From assembly GCA_963575745.1 (NCBI GenBank), contig CAUYUJ010000054.1:62001-118923 (forward strand): DNA of 56,923 bases, written 5' to 3'. This document shows, in pieces, positions 1-12,950 of this stretch. The notes below the pieces were generated by a model. It was not told the DNA's origin. It searched no databases and saw nothing but the letters and a program-made list of their open reading frames with translations. Numbering within the stretch: position 1 is the stretch's first letter; each line of letters starts with the position of its first letter. The DNA is from Prorocentrum cordatum. Lineage: Eukaryota. A program made the translations under genes and the position numbers.

Positions 1-669
1 CCGGCGGCTGGGCAGGGGTCGTCTGCGCTGTCGGAAGAAGCTAACTAAACGGGTGCACCGCTGTAGTGAATTGGCCAGCGTGCAAGAGAAGGAGAAGGGA
101 CGGAGCGGGCGGCTGCAGGGAGGGGAACAGAAACGAGGGCCACTCGGAGGGGACGGATCCCTCCCTGAGTGAGCTGGCGCGGCCAGCCCCGACGGCGGGG
201 GCTGAGGCGGCTGCTGCGCCGGGGTTCCAGCGGCGGCGGGGCCCAGTACGGGCACAGTGCTGCAAGGCAAACATCACGAAACCTCCGGGGAGCACGAAGT
301 GCAAGGGCCGGCGGGCCACGCGCCACCCAGGTGGGTGCGCGGTGGGTGCGGCAAGCAGAGGTGCGCCAGGGGCGGAGGGCGTCCAGCAGAATGCTGGGCC
401 AGCGCGGGGGGGCGGGCGGCAAGACCAGGCCCAGGTCCCCTTGGCGTGGCGGCTGCAGGTCGCAGTCCAGGCGCCATCGCGGCGCGCGGAGGGAGGGAGA
501 GTGGGCAGGGGGGTGAGGAGCGAACAGGGAGGAGGAGGAACGCCCCGCCTGCAAGAACCCCCGCAGGCGGGGCGGCAGCGCCGGGGCTGCGCCGGCAGCG
601 GCAGGCTGCGCAGCGCGCTGCGCGGTGGGGCTGATGGTCGGCGCGCCGCCGATCAGCAAGCCCACGCCA

Positions 670-704
670 CAACACACGCAACAACACACACAACGACGGC
701 AACG

Positions 705-747
<43 letters not shown>

Positions 748-1260
748 TAATACCAACAACAACAACAACAACAACAACAACAGCGACAACGACGACAACG
801 ACAACAACAACAGCACACCACCAACAACAACTACTACATCAACAGCCGCAATAGCAATCGCAACAGCAACATCAACAACAACAGCAACAGCAACAACAAC
901 ACCAGCAACATCAACAACAACGCCACCACCACTACCACCAACAAGAACAGCAAACACACCAACAACACACGCACAACACACAAAACACAACGCACAACAC
1001 ACAGCACACAACACACAGCAAACAACACAGAACACGACACGGCGCACACCACGCAACACACCACACACCACACCACACACCACACCGCACACCACACAAC
1101 ACACAACACACAACACACAACACACAACACACAACACACACACAACACACAACACACACACAACACACACAACACAGCACACAGTACACAGCGCACAGCA
1201 CGACACAACACGCACCACACACAAACACGCACACGCGCACACGCACACGCACACAACACC
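670..1260. repeat. (CAA)n and (CACAA)n-type microsatellite mosaic
   Basis: Direct inspection. Confidence 0.9.
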
Positions 1261-2626
1261 CAATCACGCGAGCGCCAATAACGTTGCAAGCGGCCCCTTC
1301 GCCGTGGGCTGCGACTCCTGGGCCGATTTCTTGGTGCGCTGCGGAATCCAGAGCGCTCGCCAAGACTGGCCTGGTTGCGGAGGGTGCTGCTTGCATTCAG
1401 GAAGGTGCGCGGCGGCCCCGACTTCCTGCCCCGATGTGCGGTCTACCCGCAGGGGTGGCCAGGGAGGGAAGGAGGGAGGGAGGGATGTCAGCAGGGACCG
1501 CAGACGCCGTGCCCGACAGAGCTGGCCGAGGCTGCTGGGCGACAGCCGAGGGCGAGGAGGGGGTGAAGGGGTGGGCAGGCTGCGGTGGCGGTGGCGTCCG
1601 CGGAGGCGGCGTCGTGGTGGCGGCGGTGGAGGATGGGAGCGGCGCGGAGCATGAGCAGGGAGGAGGCAGCGGAGGAGGCAGCGGAGGGCAGGGCGGCTGC
1701 TCCTCCCTTTTCCCTCCTCGAGTCCTATCTCTCTCCTCTTCTGCGGCCGCCGCAATCGAGCCGGCGCCCCACTCCTCGGACGCGGGGCCGTGTCAGGCAC
1801 GCCGCCTTCTGCCGACCCGTTGCCACGGAGTGCTGAGCCGAGTGGGTCGCGGTCGTCCCCTTCCTCCTCCTTTTTCTTCTCAGAGGGGAGAGGGGGGCAG
1901 TGCGAGAGAGAGTGAGAGAGACAGACAGAGGGACAGAGAGACAGAGAGAGAGAAGCAGAGAGAGAGAGAGAGTAAGAGAGTAAGAGAGAAAGAGAGAGGA
2001 GGGCGTCCCTCAACCTTCGTGAGTTGGGCATCTCGGCCTGCTGATGCTTCATTTCAACACCAGGGTTCTGAAGGTGGATGAGTGTCGAGATCAGAGGAGC
2101 CTTTCAGTTTGTCCATGCTAGGTTGACCAGTCGTTGCATATCCCACATGAAGCGAAGAACTCTCGCCACAGTGCTTCCCACTCTTTCAGCATGCTCACAA
2201 GCGAGTATCTAATATTCTGTATTATGCCGCATCAAAATGATGCGTATCACAGCATAGCACGGCATTGCAGTACTTCATAGTAGGTTTTGCTGTACAACGC
2301 ATGTAGTAACAACACGTAAGCATAGCAAGCGCGCAGTGAATGGAATTGCATAGCAGGGCGTAGCATGGCGCATCCTGTGATGGCACTGAACCGCATGGTA
2401 TAGCACTCCATCGCCATGCATACTACTCCACAGCATCCATCCCTCCCTCCTGCCTCCCACCTTCACTCCTCCTGCCTGCTTCCTTGCCTCCAACCCGTCT
2501 GGCGCGCACTCGAAGTCCCAAAGCCTGCACATGGACCTGTGCTGGTCCTGGGGCCCGAGACTGGGTGAGTTCGCCCGGTGTGAAAAACTTCCACGCCCAG
2601 ATCTCAAGAGGGCCGCCGCCGGGCTC

Positions 2627-2800
2627 GGTTTTCGGGGCATCACTCGGTCCTCCGGCGGCCGTTCGGGACGATCCCGGCACCCTTGGAGCGCTCTCCGAGA
2701 GGCGCGGCGGCCGATGGAGGGCATCCCGAGGCTGGCTTGGAAGACCGTCGAGCACCGACGAGAACGTCCGCAAACTTCGAACACCGAACTTCAAAGAGCC
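2627..2800 (+). repeat. Dispersed repeat with a diverged inverted copy at ~11790-11962
   Basis: GGTTTTCGG..ACTCGG..CTCC.GCGGCCGTTCG.GACGAT..GCACC..GGA.CGCTCTC..GAGGCGCGGC is present at both loci in opposite orientation. Confidence 0.7.
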
Positions 2801-4034
2801 TCGTTGTCCGCGATCCGTTGGTGCAGCGCCCGGATCTCAGGGAAGCCGCCGCCGACCCCCTGGGCCAGCTGCCTTCCCGCACCCCGCGGCCCCAGTGCGA
2901 GACGATCCCGAACCTGCGCTCGCCTCCGACGGCCCGCGTCGCGGCGCCGTCGTTGAGGCGCCCCGCGGCGGAGGGGCGTCCACTGCCGTGCGGGTGGGCG
3001 GGATGCGCAGCAGAGTGCGGGATGGAGAGGGGGCGGAGAGGGAGGAGGAGTCCAGCTTGACTCGATGCGACCGAGATTCGATGCTGTCTGCGGGATCGAG
3101 CCCACGATGGCCGAAACGCTCGAAACGCTCGAAACGCTAATGGGGGATGGAGGAGGAGGAGGAGGAGGCGGAAGAGGAGGAGGAGGAGGAAGAGGAGGAG
3201 GAGGAGGATAATGAGGAGGAGGGGAGGGGGAAAAGGGGAAGGAGGGGGGAGGAGGAGGAGGAGGACGAGGAAGTGGAGGGTCTGGACTAGGCGGCCCGAG
3301 CTTGCGGGGGACTGCGGAGCACTCTGGCTGTCACACTTCTGAGACCTTTCCTGCGTAGATAAGGAATGCGCCTCTTCCACTTACATCTCCTGATCATTAT
3401 TGCAAAGGCCTTACGGCCAGTGCCGCCGACCCGGAACGGGAACGACCCCCCGCGGCGGCCTGCTCGGCCCCGCCGCGCCCTCCGCTCCCGCCGCGGCGAG
3501 GGGCGCCGGGGCCCTCGGAGGATCCTCGACGAGGTCGTCCAGCGCTCGGCTCCCTTCCGTCCCTTCCTCCGCCTCCCTCCACCTCCCTCCGCTCCCCCTC
3601 GGCCTCCACTTCCCCTCCACCTCCCTCCACTTCCCCTCCTCCCTCCACCTCCCCTCCACCTCCCTCCATCTCCCTCCACTTCGCTCCACCTCCCTCCACT
3701 TCCCCTCAGCCTCTGCATCCCTCCTTGGCTACTTGAGTCCTGGGCGCGCCGCGTCCTGCTGCTGCACGACGCGGCGCCGACCCAGCGCGGGCTTTCCGCG
3801 CTGGAGCGCCGCCAGCGGCCCGGCATCGGCCGACGTCGGCACGGTCCGCAGGCCGCGCGCGGGCGTGCCAGGCGGAGGCATCCGCGCGGCGCCAGGAGCC
3901 AACGCCCGGGTCGCCGCGGCGCGAATCTGCCGCAGGCGGGCGGCAGTCCGAAAGGGAATGCTTGCTTCCAAGCCCCCCCCCGTCGCGGCGCCACACCACT
4001 CGCGCGGGGCATGCGCTCCCTCGTCGCTAAGCGC

Positions 4035-4258
4035 CTTGTCGTGCCAGCAATGGTCGCAGTCCAGGAGGTCCTGGTCGCCGCTGCTCCGCCGTCCGTGGCT
4101 GTGCTCGCCCTCCTCCCGCTCCTTCCCGTCGTCCTGGTGCGGCTCCTTCCCGTCGTCCTGGTGCAGCGGCCATACATCAGCATCTTGGCTGCTGCGCTCC
4201 TCCAGTGACGCTTCGCCCGCGCGGCGCGAGAAGAGAGCGAAGGCATGCCGACTCAGGC
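4035..4258 (-). CDS. Candidate host-gene exon, unknown product (...DDGKEPHQDDGKE...GDQDLLDCDHCWHDK)
   Basis: ctgcag|G acceptor, AAG|gc donor, open frame; the 3' end resembles the candidate exon at 10312-10354. Confidence 0.4.
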
Positions 4259-4298
4259 CTGCAGGCCAACAACATTCCAGCAGATTCCGCTCGCGCCT

Positions 4299-4764
4299 CC
4301 TGCTCCTCCTGCTCCTACTGCTGCCTCCTCCTCCTCCTCCTCCTCCTCCTCCTCCTCCTCCTCCTCCTCCTCCTCCTCCTCCTCCCTCCTCCTCCTCCTC
4401 CTCCTCCTCCTCCTCCTCCTCCTCCTCCTCCTCCTCCTCTCTCCTCCTCCTCCTCCTCCTCCTCCTCCTCCCCCTCCTCCTCTCCTCCTCCTCCTCCTCC
4501 TCCTGCTGCTGCTGCTGCTGCTGCTGCTCCCTCCTCCTCCTCCTCCTCCCTCCTCCTCCTCCTCCTCCTCCTCCTCCTCCTCCTCCTCCCCCTCCTCCTG
4601 CTGCCTCCTCCTGCTGCCTCCTCTCGCGATCCCGCCGAGGCAGCAGCTCAGGCGGTCGTCGTCGGGCTCCAGCCGCTCCGGCCGCGGCAGACAGGACGCG
4701 GCGCTCCCCTCGCGCAAGGAGAGGGGCGGAGGGGGCGCGCCGTGCGGGCAGGGGAGGGGGAGGA

Positions 4765-4795
<31 letters not shown>

Positions 4796-4965
4796 GAGGA
4801 GGAGGAGGAGGAGGAGGAGGAGGAGGAGGAGGAGGAGGAGGAGGAGGGAGGAGGAGGAGGGGGGAGGAGGAGGAGGAGGAGGAGGGGAGGAGGAGGAGGA
4901 GGAGGAGGAGGAGAGAGGAGGAGGAGGAGGAGGCGGAGGAGGAGGAGGAGGAGGAGGAGGAGGGG
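4299..4965. repeat. (CCT)n tract followed by complementary (GGA)n tract
   Basis: (CCT)n ~4299-4620 and (GGA)n ~4750-4965. Confidence 0.95.
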
Positions 4966-6268
4966 TGGAGGGCGAGCAGACCGACCCTTGACAGCTGCAC
5001 CAGTATCGGTTTCGGCAGCTCCGGCAGGCTGGGTGTCCGCGCAATCGTCCCGAGTCCGAGGAGAATTGCCAAGGCGTGGCGCTGGATAGTGCAGGGATTT
5101 GCATTTCGTAGTCCGAGTCGTGGCTTCCTAACTTCACCGACGAATCGATCCTGAGTTCGTGTCCTCATGGGGAATTTCCTGGAGTCTAGAAATGAAGCAG
5201 TGGTCTGCGTGTTGTCCAGGTGAAAAAAAGGGCAATCGAAAACTGACGAAGCCATGGAAAGGCAAGTCACGGCAAGCTATCCGCCGACGGAAGCTCTGGT
5301 AGGCCTTGGTAGGCTACGGGGTTGGGAGCGAGTGGGAAAACGCTTCTGGGACACGCTGCAAGGCCGAGCAGCTCGCTGCGAGGATTCCTGCCCGGGAGCC
5401 GTTGAGAGGAAGCTGGTCTAGCCCTACAGCCCTACCATCAGATGGGCTTCTTCTCTAAAACCCCCAACAGCTCCCAAGGAGCTATCCGGGAAAAAACTTG
5501 ACCCAAGCTGGTAATGATCGGATTCAGCACAGGGGAGGGAGCGAAGGAGGAGGAGGAAGGGGGCCCCAGGGAATGCGAGTGCCTTTGCAGGGGTCGAGGC
5601 CCCACTGCGCGGGATCCTGGCAGAGCCTCAGCAAAGACCAGCGACGCCCGTCCTGACGACAGCCTTGCAATTCCGAGGCTCAGACTTGAGAGTCAGTCGT
5701 TTTGATTTCAATTAGCTGCCCGTGGAAATAGGGAAGAGGTGCCAGAGACAGGCAGTGTTCTGAAGGCCCAGTAGAGGGCCCTTCGACTCGAGACCTCGCT
5801 CCAGTCGCCAGGAGGGCCCGTCACCGCCGTGCCCGGACACCTCTCGATGAGCTGGCTGGGGTGGCCGCCCGTAGTTGCCCGGGGCCTCTCTCGGCGGGGC
5901 CGAAGCGGGTGTGCGATGCGCTCGAGGCAGGTCTTGGAATTCGGAGCTGGCCAGGGGCTGAGGTCGTCCACAATTTGGTTTTGGTCAGCAGAAGAAGGGA
6001 AAAGGGTCCCCCTCGTCGCCACGGCTGGACGCGGCTCAAAAAAGTAGTCAGTTTCAACCTCGGGAGGGTTTGGGACCGATTTTGAGCGAATTCGTCCTCC
6101 CCCTCCCCCTCTTGACCGATTTTCCCCGCCCGGTCGCCCGAGGAGACGTCCTCGGAGAACGACCCAAGTCCCAAAAGCGTGCCGTGACCGCATTTCCACC
6201 TACTCGCCACGCGGTGTGGTCACCGCACCGTTTGGGGTCCCCGCGAGAGGCGAGAGGTCGGAGGGCAC

Positions 6269-6413
6269 CAACTATACACCAACACCGATCCTGGCCCAGG
6301 ATCACCCTAGGCCCAGGATCGGTGTATATGCATTCTGCCCATGGCAGGAGGGCATATACACCGATCCTGGGTCCAGGTTGATCCTGGCCAGGATCGGTGT
6401 TGGTGTATAGTTG
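6269..6413. mobile_element. MITE-like palindromic element
   Basis: Perfect 28-bp TIR CAACTATACACCAACACCGATCCTGGCC, flanked by the direct repeat GCAC (6265-6268 and 6414-6417). Confidence 0.85.
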
Positions 6414-6869
6414 GCACCTTCCTAAGAGGGGGAGGGATGGTGGCCGTGGGCGGAGCAGGGAGGCGCGCCCCAGCCTCCTCACCTGTCGGAGGAAGGGAGC
6501 GCGCGGGGAGCTCTCGCGAGAACGCGCCGCCCCCAGGCCGCCCAGGCCCCCCAGGCCTTGGGCCTGCAGATGCAGGCCGCCCCGTGGGAGGGGAGGGCGA
6601 CGAGCGAGCAGGGAGTGATCGAGGACGCCTGCGGCGAATCGCCGCTGCTCCCTGCCTTGGAGGATGCGCCCGTGTGGCCAGACGTTGGGGCAGAGTTTGG
6701 CCACGCCGCTGGACCATGCGTTCCCCCAGCCGTTGTGGAAGCCCTTCGGGGAACAGGTGGGGGAGGAGGAGGAGGATGAGGAGGAGGAGGAGGAGGAGGA
6801 GGAGGAGGAGGAGGAGGAGGAGAAGGAGGAAAAAGGAGGAAAAAGGAGGAGGAGGAGGAGACCGGTTGG

Positions 6870-8075
6870 GATCTTCTTGGCTCATTCTTAGGGCCTGGTG
6901 GGAGCTTCCTGGGGGCCTCTTGGAGGTCTCGTGGGGGCCTCCTTGGGCCTCTTGGGGGTCTTTGGGGGCTTCTTGTGGGCCCGAATAGGCAGCAATCATT
7001 GATTCTCTTTTGTTTTAAGGTTTTGGCGTTTGCTTCTTTCGGCCGTCAGACAGCCCACGACGGTCCACGAGGCCCCCAAGATCGCCCCAAGACCGCCCAA
7101 GATGCCTCCAAGATGGTCCCAGGACGGCCCAAGAGGGTCCCAAGACGGCCCCCCAAAAGCCCCCAAGATGGCCCAAGAGGTTTCCCAGACGCCCTAACTG
7201 GCCGTCAAGACGATCCTGAAGCGCCCCAAGAAGGCCCAGAGAGGCTCCCAAGACGGCTTCCGACGGCGTCAGACGGGCCAGGAACGTCTTAAGACAGCCA
7301 AAGAGGCCTTCCTAGGAGGACCTCTTGGAAGCCTCGTGGGCCGTCTTGGAGTCCTCTTGGGCCATCTTGAGGCCATCTTGGGCCGGCTTGGGTGCTTCTT
7401 TGGCCATTTTGGGTGCATCTTGGGGCCAATTCGGGCTCTCTTGGGGCCGTCTTGTCAGTCTTGAGGCGTCTGGGAGGCACCTTTGAGGCAGTCTTGGGCA
7501 ATCTTGGCCGTCTTGGAGGCGATTTGGGCAGTGGGAGACCAAATTTGGGCGGCTCTCCGGGTGGCCGGCGCGCTGGACCAGAGCCCCAGGGGGAGTTCTT
7601 AAAAATAATCAAAAGCCATCAGTTATTTAGCACGGCGGGCACCCCTGTGATAAATTAACAGGGGGCGTTGGATCGAAGACGCCTACGGCGAATCACCGCC
7701 GCCCTCTGCCTTTTTGGAAGCGCCTGCGTGGCCGAAAGTTCGGTTTGAGCTTGGCCAAGCTATCGGGCCACGCATTCCCCGAGTGGGTTTCGAAAGCCTT
7801 CGGGGAACACGGAGTGGGGCGGGCTATCGGACCAGGTGGTTTCCGAGCTTTCGGGCCTCCTGGAGGACGTCTTGGAGGGGTCTTGGGCTGCCTTGGAGGC
7901 CTCTGGCAGCCTTTTTGGGCAGTCTAAGGCCATCTTCAGGCCATCTGGGGCCGTCTTGGGTGCATCTTGGGGCCATCTTCGCCTCTTGGGGCCTCTCGGG
8001 GCCTCTTTGGGGCATCATGCGGCCTGATTTGGACCTTCTGGGGAGCCTCCTGAGGTTTTTGGGAGACCCCTTGGG
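6870..8075. repeat. Degenerate CTTGG/CCAAG-rich low-complexity repeat (also ~19610-19800, 30130-30720, 34390-34820, 35210-35800, 48440-48970, 50270-51000)
   Basis: Recurrent GGCC(T/A/G)CTTGG motifs, with orientation switches at ~7030 and ~7305. Confidence 0.8.
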
Positions 8076-8828
8076 AGGAGAGAACGTCGAGTGAGTAGAG
8101 AGTACTTAGGGTGCCAATAAAAAATCGAAGCTTGAGGCGACTGATGAAACGCTCCCCTTTCCAGATCGGCTTGTACAAACCAGGTGGAGGGGGGGGGCTT
8201 CGTTGGCCAAGGGCCAAGGGCGCTTTCCTCCCACTACACACTGGCCAACGACGCCGTCCCCCGACTTGCATTTGAAGACCGTCGTCCTGCCTCGATCTGG
8301 AACGTGTAAACAGCACACCCTGTTGCCTGTTTCCGATCGCCCTGTTGCCTGTTTCCGATCGCTTCTGCTTCTGTTCTCTACTCGCTCCGCACAGGGTCCC
8401 AAATCATGAACTAAGCAACCCTTGAGTGTGGACACTTGGCCAACTGATAATGAGGAGCAGTCGATGAGCCTCTTGGGCTTTTTTGGGGGCACAGGAGCTC
8501 TAGCACCCCCCCGCTCTCTACAGTGCCGTTTTTGATACATGCTCCGCGTGCGGATCATGCATTAAACATGCAGGGATCTAGTATCAAAAACAACGATGAG
8601 TTCATGCATAAATGTATTCATAAACTAGTCATGTACTAAACATCCTATGTGTTTAAAGATCCTATGTATTAAAAACTGCCCTCTGCGGTGGGTTCGTGTC
8701 GTGCCGACGCGCCAGCGACCTCGCCGCGGGCGCTCGAGGCTCGTGGCCGCCAGGGGCCCAGACTCGGCCACTGTGGAACGGCCTGGCAATTGACAAGCCG
8801 CCGATGCTGCAAGGTTGAACGATCCACT

Positions 8829-8988
8829 CAGGAGGGGAAAAACACACAGACACATTCACTCGTCGATCCCCCAAGAAAATATGGGAAAATATGGGAAGTG
8901 GGGGGGAGGACAAAAAACCCCAAAATATAGGAAAATATGGGGAATCTTTCTATTTGTGTGTATTTATTTGTGTGTCCCAGGGCCCCTT
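8829..8988 (+). mobile_element. ~160-bp dispersed element, copy 1 (hAT-like by TSD length)
   Basis: Homologous to 26945-27104 and 30803-30963; flanks GATCCACT/CATCCACG match 6/8. Confidence 0.65.
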
Positions 8989-9023
8989 CATCCACGCGGT
9001 GTCAGAAACCAAGGCCAGGATTC

Positions 9024-9201
9024 CGGGGCGGGGATTTGTCCAGACCCACCGCCTGGAGGGCCAGTTTTTCGGAGCCTCGGCAGGCGGTGGAGATGGACAT
9101 CTTCCGGCCCCCCGGGGGCCGAACTATATCCGTATCCACCGACCGCTGGGGCACCAGGACGTCGGTTCCCAGGCGGTGGATATGGATAAATCCCTGCCTC
9201 G
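9024..9201. mobile_element. MITE-like imperfect palindrome
   Basis: CGGGGCGGGGATTTGTCCAGACCCACCGCCTGG pairs with CCAGGCGGTGGATATGGATAAATCCCTGCCTCG; internal subrepeats of the arm. Confidence 0.65.
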
Positions 9202-10311
9202 CATTCAGAGCACTCCCTGGCGGAAGGGCCTCTGCTGGACCTCCTGAGGACGTGTCTCGGAGACCGAGAGGCTCCCAGACCTGCAGGAACCTTTAAGCTG
9301 GAGGGCCGTGAATTTCCGCAGCGGAGGAAAGGAGGAGGAGGAGGAGGAGGAGGAGGAGGAGGAGGAGTTCCCTGAATAGGGAGCAAGATTTCCGCTCTGG
9401 AGGCTTTCGGCCCCCCCCCCCGATCTGCGGGACCGGGCCCCCCCGAGCGGCCCGGATCCCCGTCGCGGCCCCTCCCCCCGACGGAGCTCCCCGCGTCGCA
9501 GAGTGCGCTGCCCTCTGCCGTCGAAATCTTGGAGCCAGGACCATGCTGGTTTCGGAGCAGGCTCGGGTTCCACAGGCTCCCCTCCGGTGCCCGCAGTGGT
9601 GCCCGCAGTGTGGGGCCCGTGCTTGCTCGGGGCTCGCTGTGCGGGAGGCACGCTCTCATTCCCAGCCATCCCTTGGAGTTGGGTCCTCGTTTCGTCGTTC
9701 TCTCTCCCTCTGTCTCTTTCTCCGCTGCGCCGTACGACTCCTCTCTCCCCCTCCCTCCTCTTCCTTCTGCCGCTGCTGTCGGTGCTGATGCAGCGGTTCA
9801 TACCTCTGCACAATTAGCAGCACAGGTACGCATCACACGTCCTTCCGGGTTGCCGAGCAAGGCCGCGCATGTGCTTGCCAGCAAACGCAGCGCAACATCG
9901 TCGCCGCGAGGCGTAGCAGCAAGTATGTGGCATGCGTGTCCTCATGTGATTCGCGACGCTCGAGCTCCTCAACTGCCCAGTAGCAAGACTAGCGCCCCCC
10001 AATTGTGCTCAGCGGCGGCCCGTGTGGAATTCGAAGCAGGACCAGTGGTGCCCCCCCTCGCCAGAACCAACAGGGCGCTCTGTCTTCTGCACCAGTGGCG
10101 GGCCATCGTGGTCAGCCCCTTCCTCCCTTCCCGTCTCTCCGTCCAACGTCCGTCGTCCTCTGTCCCCCCCCCCCAGCGCCTGCCCTCATCCTCTTCCCTT
10201 CCCCTCCCCTCTCTTCCCCCCACCCCCTACCCGTCCTCTTCTCCCTCATCTCCTTCCCCTCCCATCTTCTTTTCCGTCCACACCCTCGATTTGCATGGCG
10301 CCAGCGCGAGC

Positions 10312-10354
10312 CTTGTGGTGCCAGCAAGGCTGCCTTTGCAGATCCTCGTCGCCC
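10312..10354 (-). CDS. Candidate short host-gene exon (GDEDLQRQPCWHHK)
   Basis: cag|G acceptor, AAG|gc donor; ends TGCTGGCAC(C/G)ACAAG|GC like 4035-4258. Confidence 0.4.
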
Positions 10355-10753
10355 CTGCTTCTCAAATCCTTCCCCACCACTCATCACTCGGCCCCTCCTC
10401 CGAGGAGGGAGGAGGAAGACCAGGAGGGAGGCGACAGGGACAGGGAGGAGGCAGGGGTACGCGGACGAGAAGGGACGAGGACGAGGTGGTTGTGCAGGAG
10501 GGGGGAGAGGAGGAGAGAGGGCGGGATTGGCTGGAGGGACCCTGCGATCCGACGTTGTGAAAAACAAATGCCGCACTCGAGCCGTGGACCCCACTCGTCT
10601 GCGGCATGTTTCGAGCTGGATCGATCGGTGATGGTCCGGAGGTTCGAGAGCGGGCGAAAGCGCCTGGCGTGACAAGCTTGCAGCGCCCGGATCTCAGGGG
10701 AGGCGGGGGAGAAGTGGACGGCGGGAGCGAGGGCGCCAGCGTCGTGAGCCTTG

Positions 10754-10868
10754 CCACCACCGCCTTCGCCGCCTTCGCCGCCTTCGCCGCCTCCGCCGCC
10801 TTCGCCTTCGCCGCCGCCGCCGCCGCGTCCGCCGCCGCCGTCGCGCCCGCCGCCGTCGTCGTCGCCGC

Positions 10869-10959
<91 letters not shown>

Positions 10960-11030
10960 GCCGTCGTCGCCGTCGTTGTCGTCGCCGCCGCCGCCGCCGT
11001 CGTCGTCGCCGCCGCCGTCGTCGTCGCCGC

Positions 11031-11062
<32 letters not shown>

Positions 11063-11181
11063 CCGCCGCCGCCGTCGTCGTCGCCGCCGCCGTCGTCGTC
11101 GCCGCCGCCGTCGTCGCCTTCGTCGTCGTCGTCGTCGTCAACGCCGCCGCCGTCGTCGTCGCCGTCGTCGCCGTCGTCGTC
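10754..11181. repeat. (GCC/GTC)n microsatellite abutting the gap
   Basis: Direct inspection. Confidence 0.95.
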
Positions 11182-11281
11182 NNNNNNNNNNNNNNNNNNN
11201 NNNNNNNNNNNNNNNNNNNNNNNNNNNNNNNNNNNNNNNNNNNNNNNNNNNNNNNNNNNNNNNNNNNNNNNNNNNNNNNNN
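11182..11281. other. Assembly gap (100 N)
   Basis: Run of N. Confidence 1.
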
Positions 11282-12139
11282 CTCCTCCCCTCCCCTCCCC
11301 TCCCCTCCCCTCCCCTCCCCTCCCCCCCCCTCCTCAGATATCCGACGTCGCATTGTCTCCACGCCGTGGCTCCCCAAAGCTCTGGGCCCCTCCCGGGGAT
11401 GGGCCTCTCCTCCCGGGTCGTTCCGCTGGCCCTGGCGGCCAGGAGCAGGGCCCCCCAGTGGCCGAGGCGCGGCAGAGCAGCGGAGAAGCGGCAAACAGCT
11501 TCACGACGCGAGGATGTCAGGGCCCTCCCTGACTCCAGATCCGCCTTCCTTCCAGGGCGATGTTGTAGGCAGGGCGGAAATTTCCGCCCTGCTTTTCAAG
11601 CTCCGTTGATGCTGATTTCCTCCTTACTTTGCTATCGCTGTTTCCGCCGCACTTCTGCAAACATAGCCGCCCTATTTTCTTTGGTGGAAATTTCCGCTCT
11701 GCTTCTTCACATTTGTGGGAAGCATTCCCAACACAGTTGTAAGTCAGAGACTCAACCCAAGTACAGCGGATCCGGAGTCAGGGAGGGTTCGCGTTCGGGG
11801 AGTTTCGGGTTCGAGGTTTCAGGTTTACTGGCGTTTTCGTTGGTTCTCGGCGGTTTTCCACCCGCAGTATGCGTTCCAGCAGCCGCGCCTCGCCGAGAGC
11901 GTTCCGGCGGTGCTCGAATCGTCACGAACGGCCGCTGGAGATCCGAGTTATGAACCGAAAACCAGACGACGATGATCATTGAGGGCGGGCAGGGTGACGG
12001 GGGGAGGTCGGACGAGGACGAGGAGGAGGAGGAGTCGGAGGAGGAGGCGGAGGAGGAGGCGGAGGAGGAGGAGGAGGAGCAGCAGCAGGAGGATGAGGAG
12101 GATGAGGAGGAGGAGGAGGAGGGAAAGCTGGAGGAGGAG

Positions 12140-12950
12140 GAATATGAATACTAATAATATTGACAATAAAGATACTCATAGTAACAACAAGAAGAGTAAC
12201 ATGAATACGAATAATAATCATACTCATACTAACAGTAGTATTAATACTCAGACGAATAAGAATCATATTATTTTTAATAACACTAAGAATAGTAGCACAA
12301 AACATAATACACATAGTCACAGGAATATTAATGCTAGAAGAAGAAGACGAATGTCACAAACATAATAATGATAATACTTACACTATTCGTAAGAATAAGG
12401 CAATACTGATACTATCAGTACTCATGATAGCCAATATAGAAATACTAGGAATAATAAGCAACATAATAATACGAACATCTTTAATCATATCAATAGTACT
12501 ATTATCAGTAATAATCCGGATAAAGAATAATATCATTAACAATTACTCTTAATAGTACTAATAATACTCATCGTAGTAGTAATAATAAGAATGCTGATGC
12601 TGATGATGACGATGATAATCATACTAATAGTAAGCATACTAATAGTAGTAGTAATACTAATATTTAAATAACACTGATAATATGAATAGCAACGGTAATA
12701 TTAGTAATACGCATAAGAGCGATACGAATATCAATAATAATAGTAGTCATACTAATGAGAGAAATAATACTACGAATGCTATTAGTAGTAGTAAGCATAA
12801 GCATACTAATAATACTAATACTACTACTAATAATACTAATAGTGCGGATCAGACTAATACTAATGCTACTATTATTATTAATAATAATAATATTATTATT
12901 AATAATACTAATAACAATACTATTACTAACATTCATATTAATCATACAAA
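12140..12950. repeat. AT-rich degenerate (AAT/ACT/AGT)n tract between (GGA)n tracts
   Basis: Direct inspection. Confidence 0.9.

Noticed and set aside
3400..5270. ORFs of 513-584 aa with poly-P/E/G/L runs
   Set aside because: Driven by (CCT)n/(GGA)n; only the 4035-4258 segment has exon-like support.
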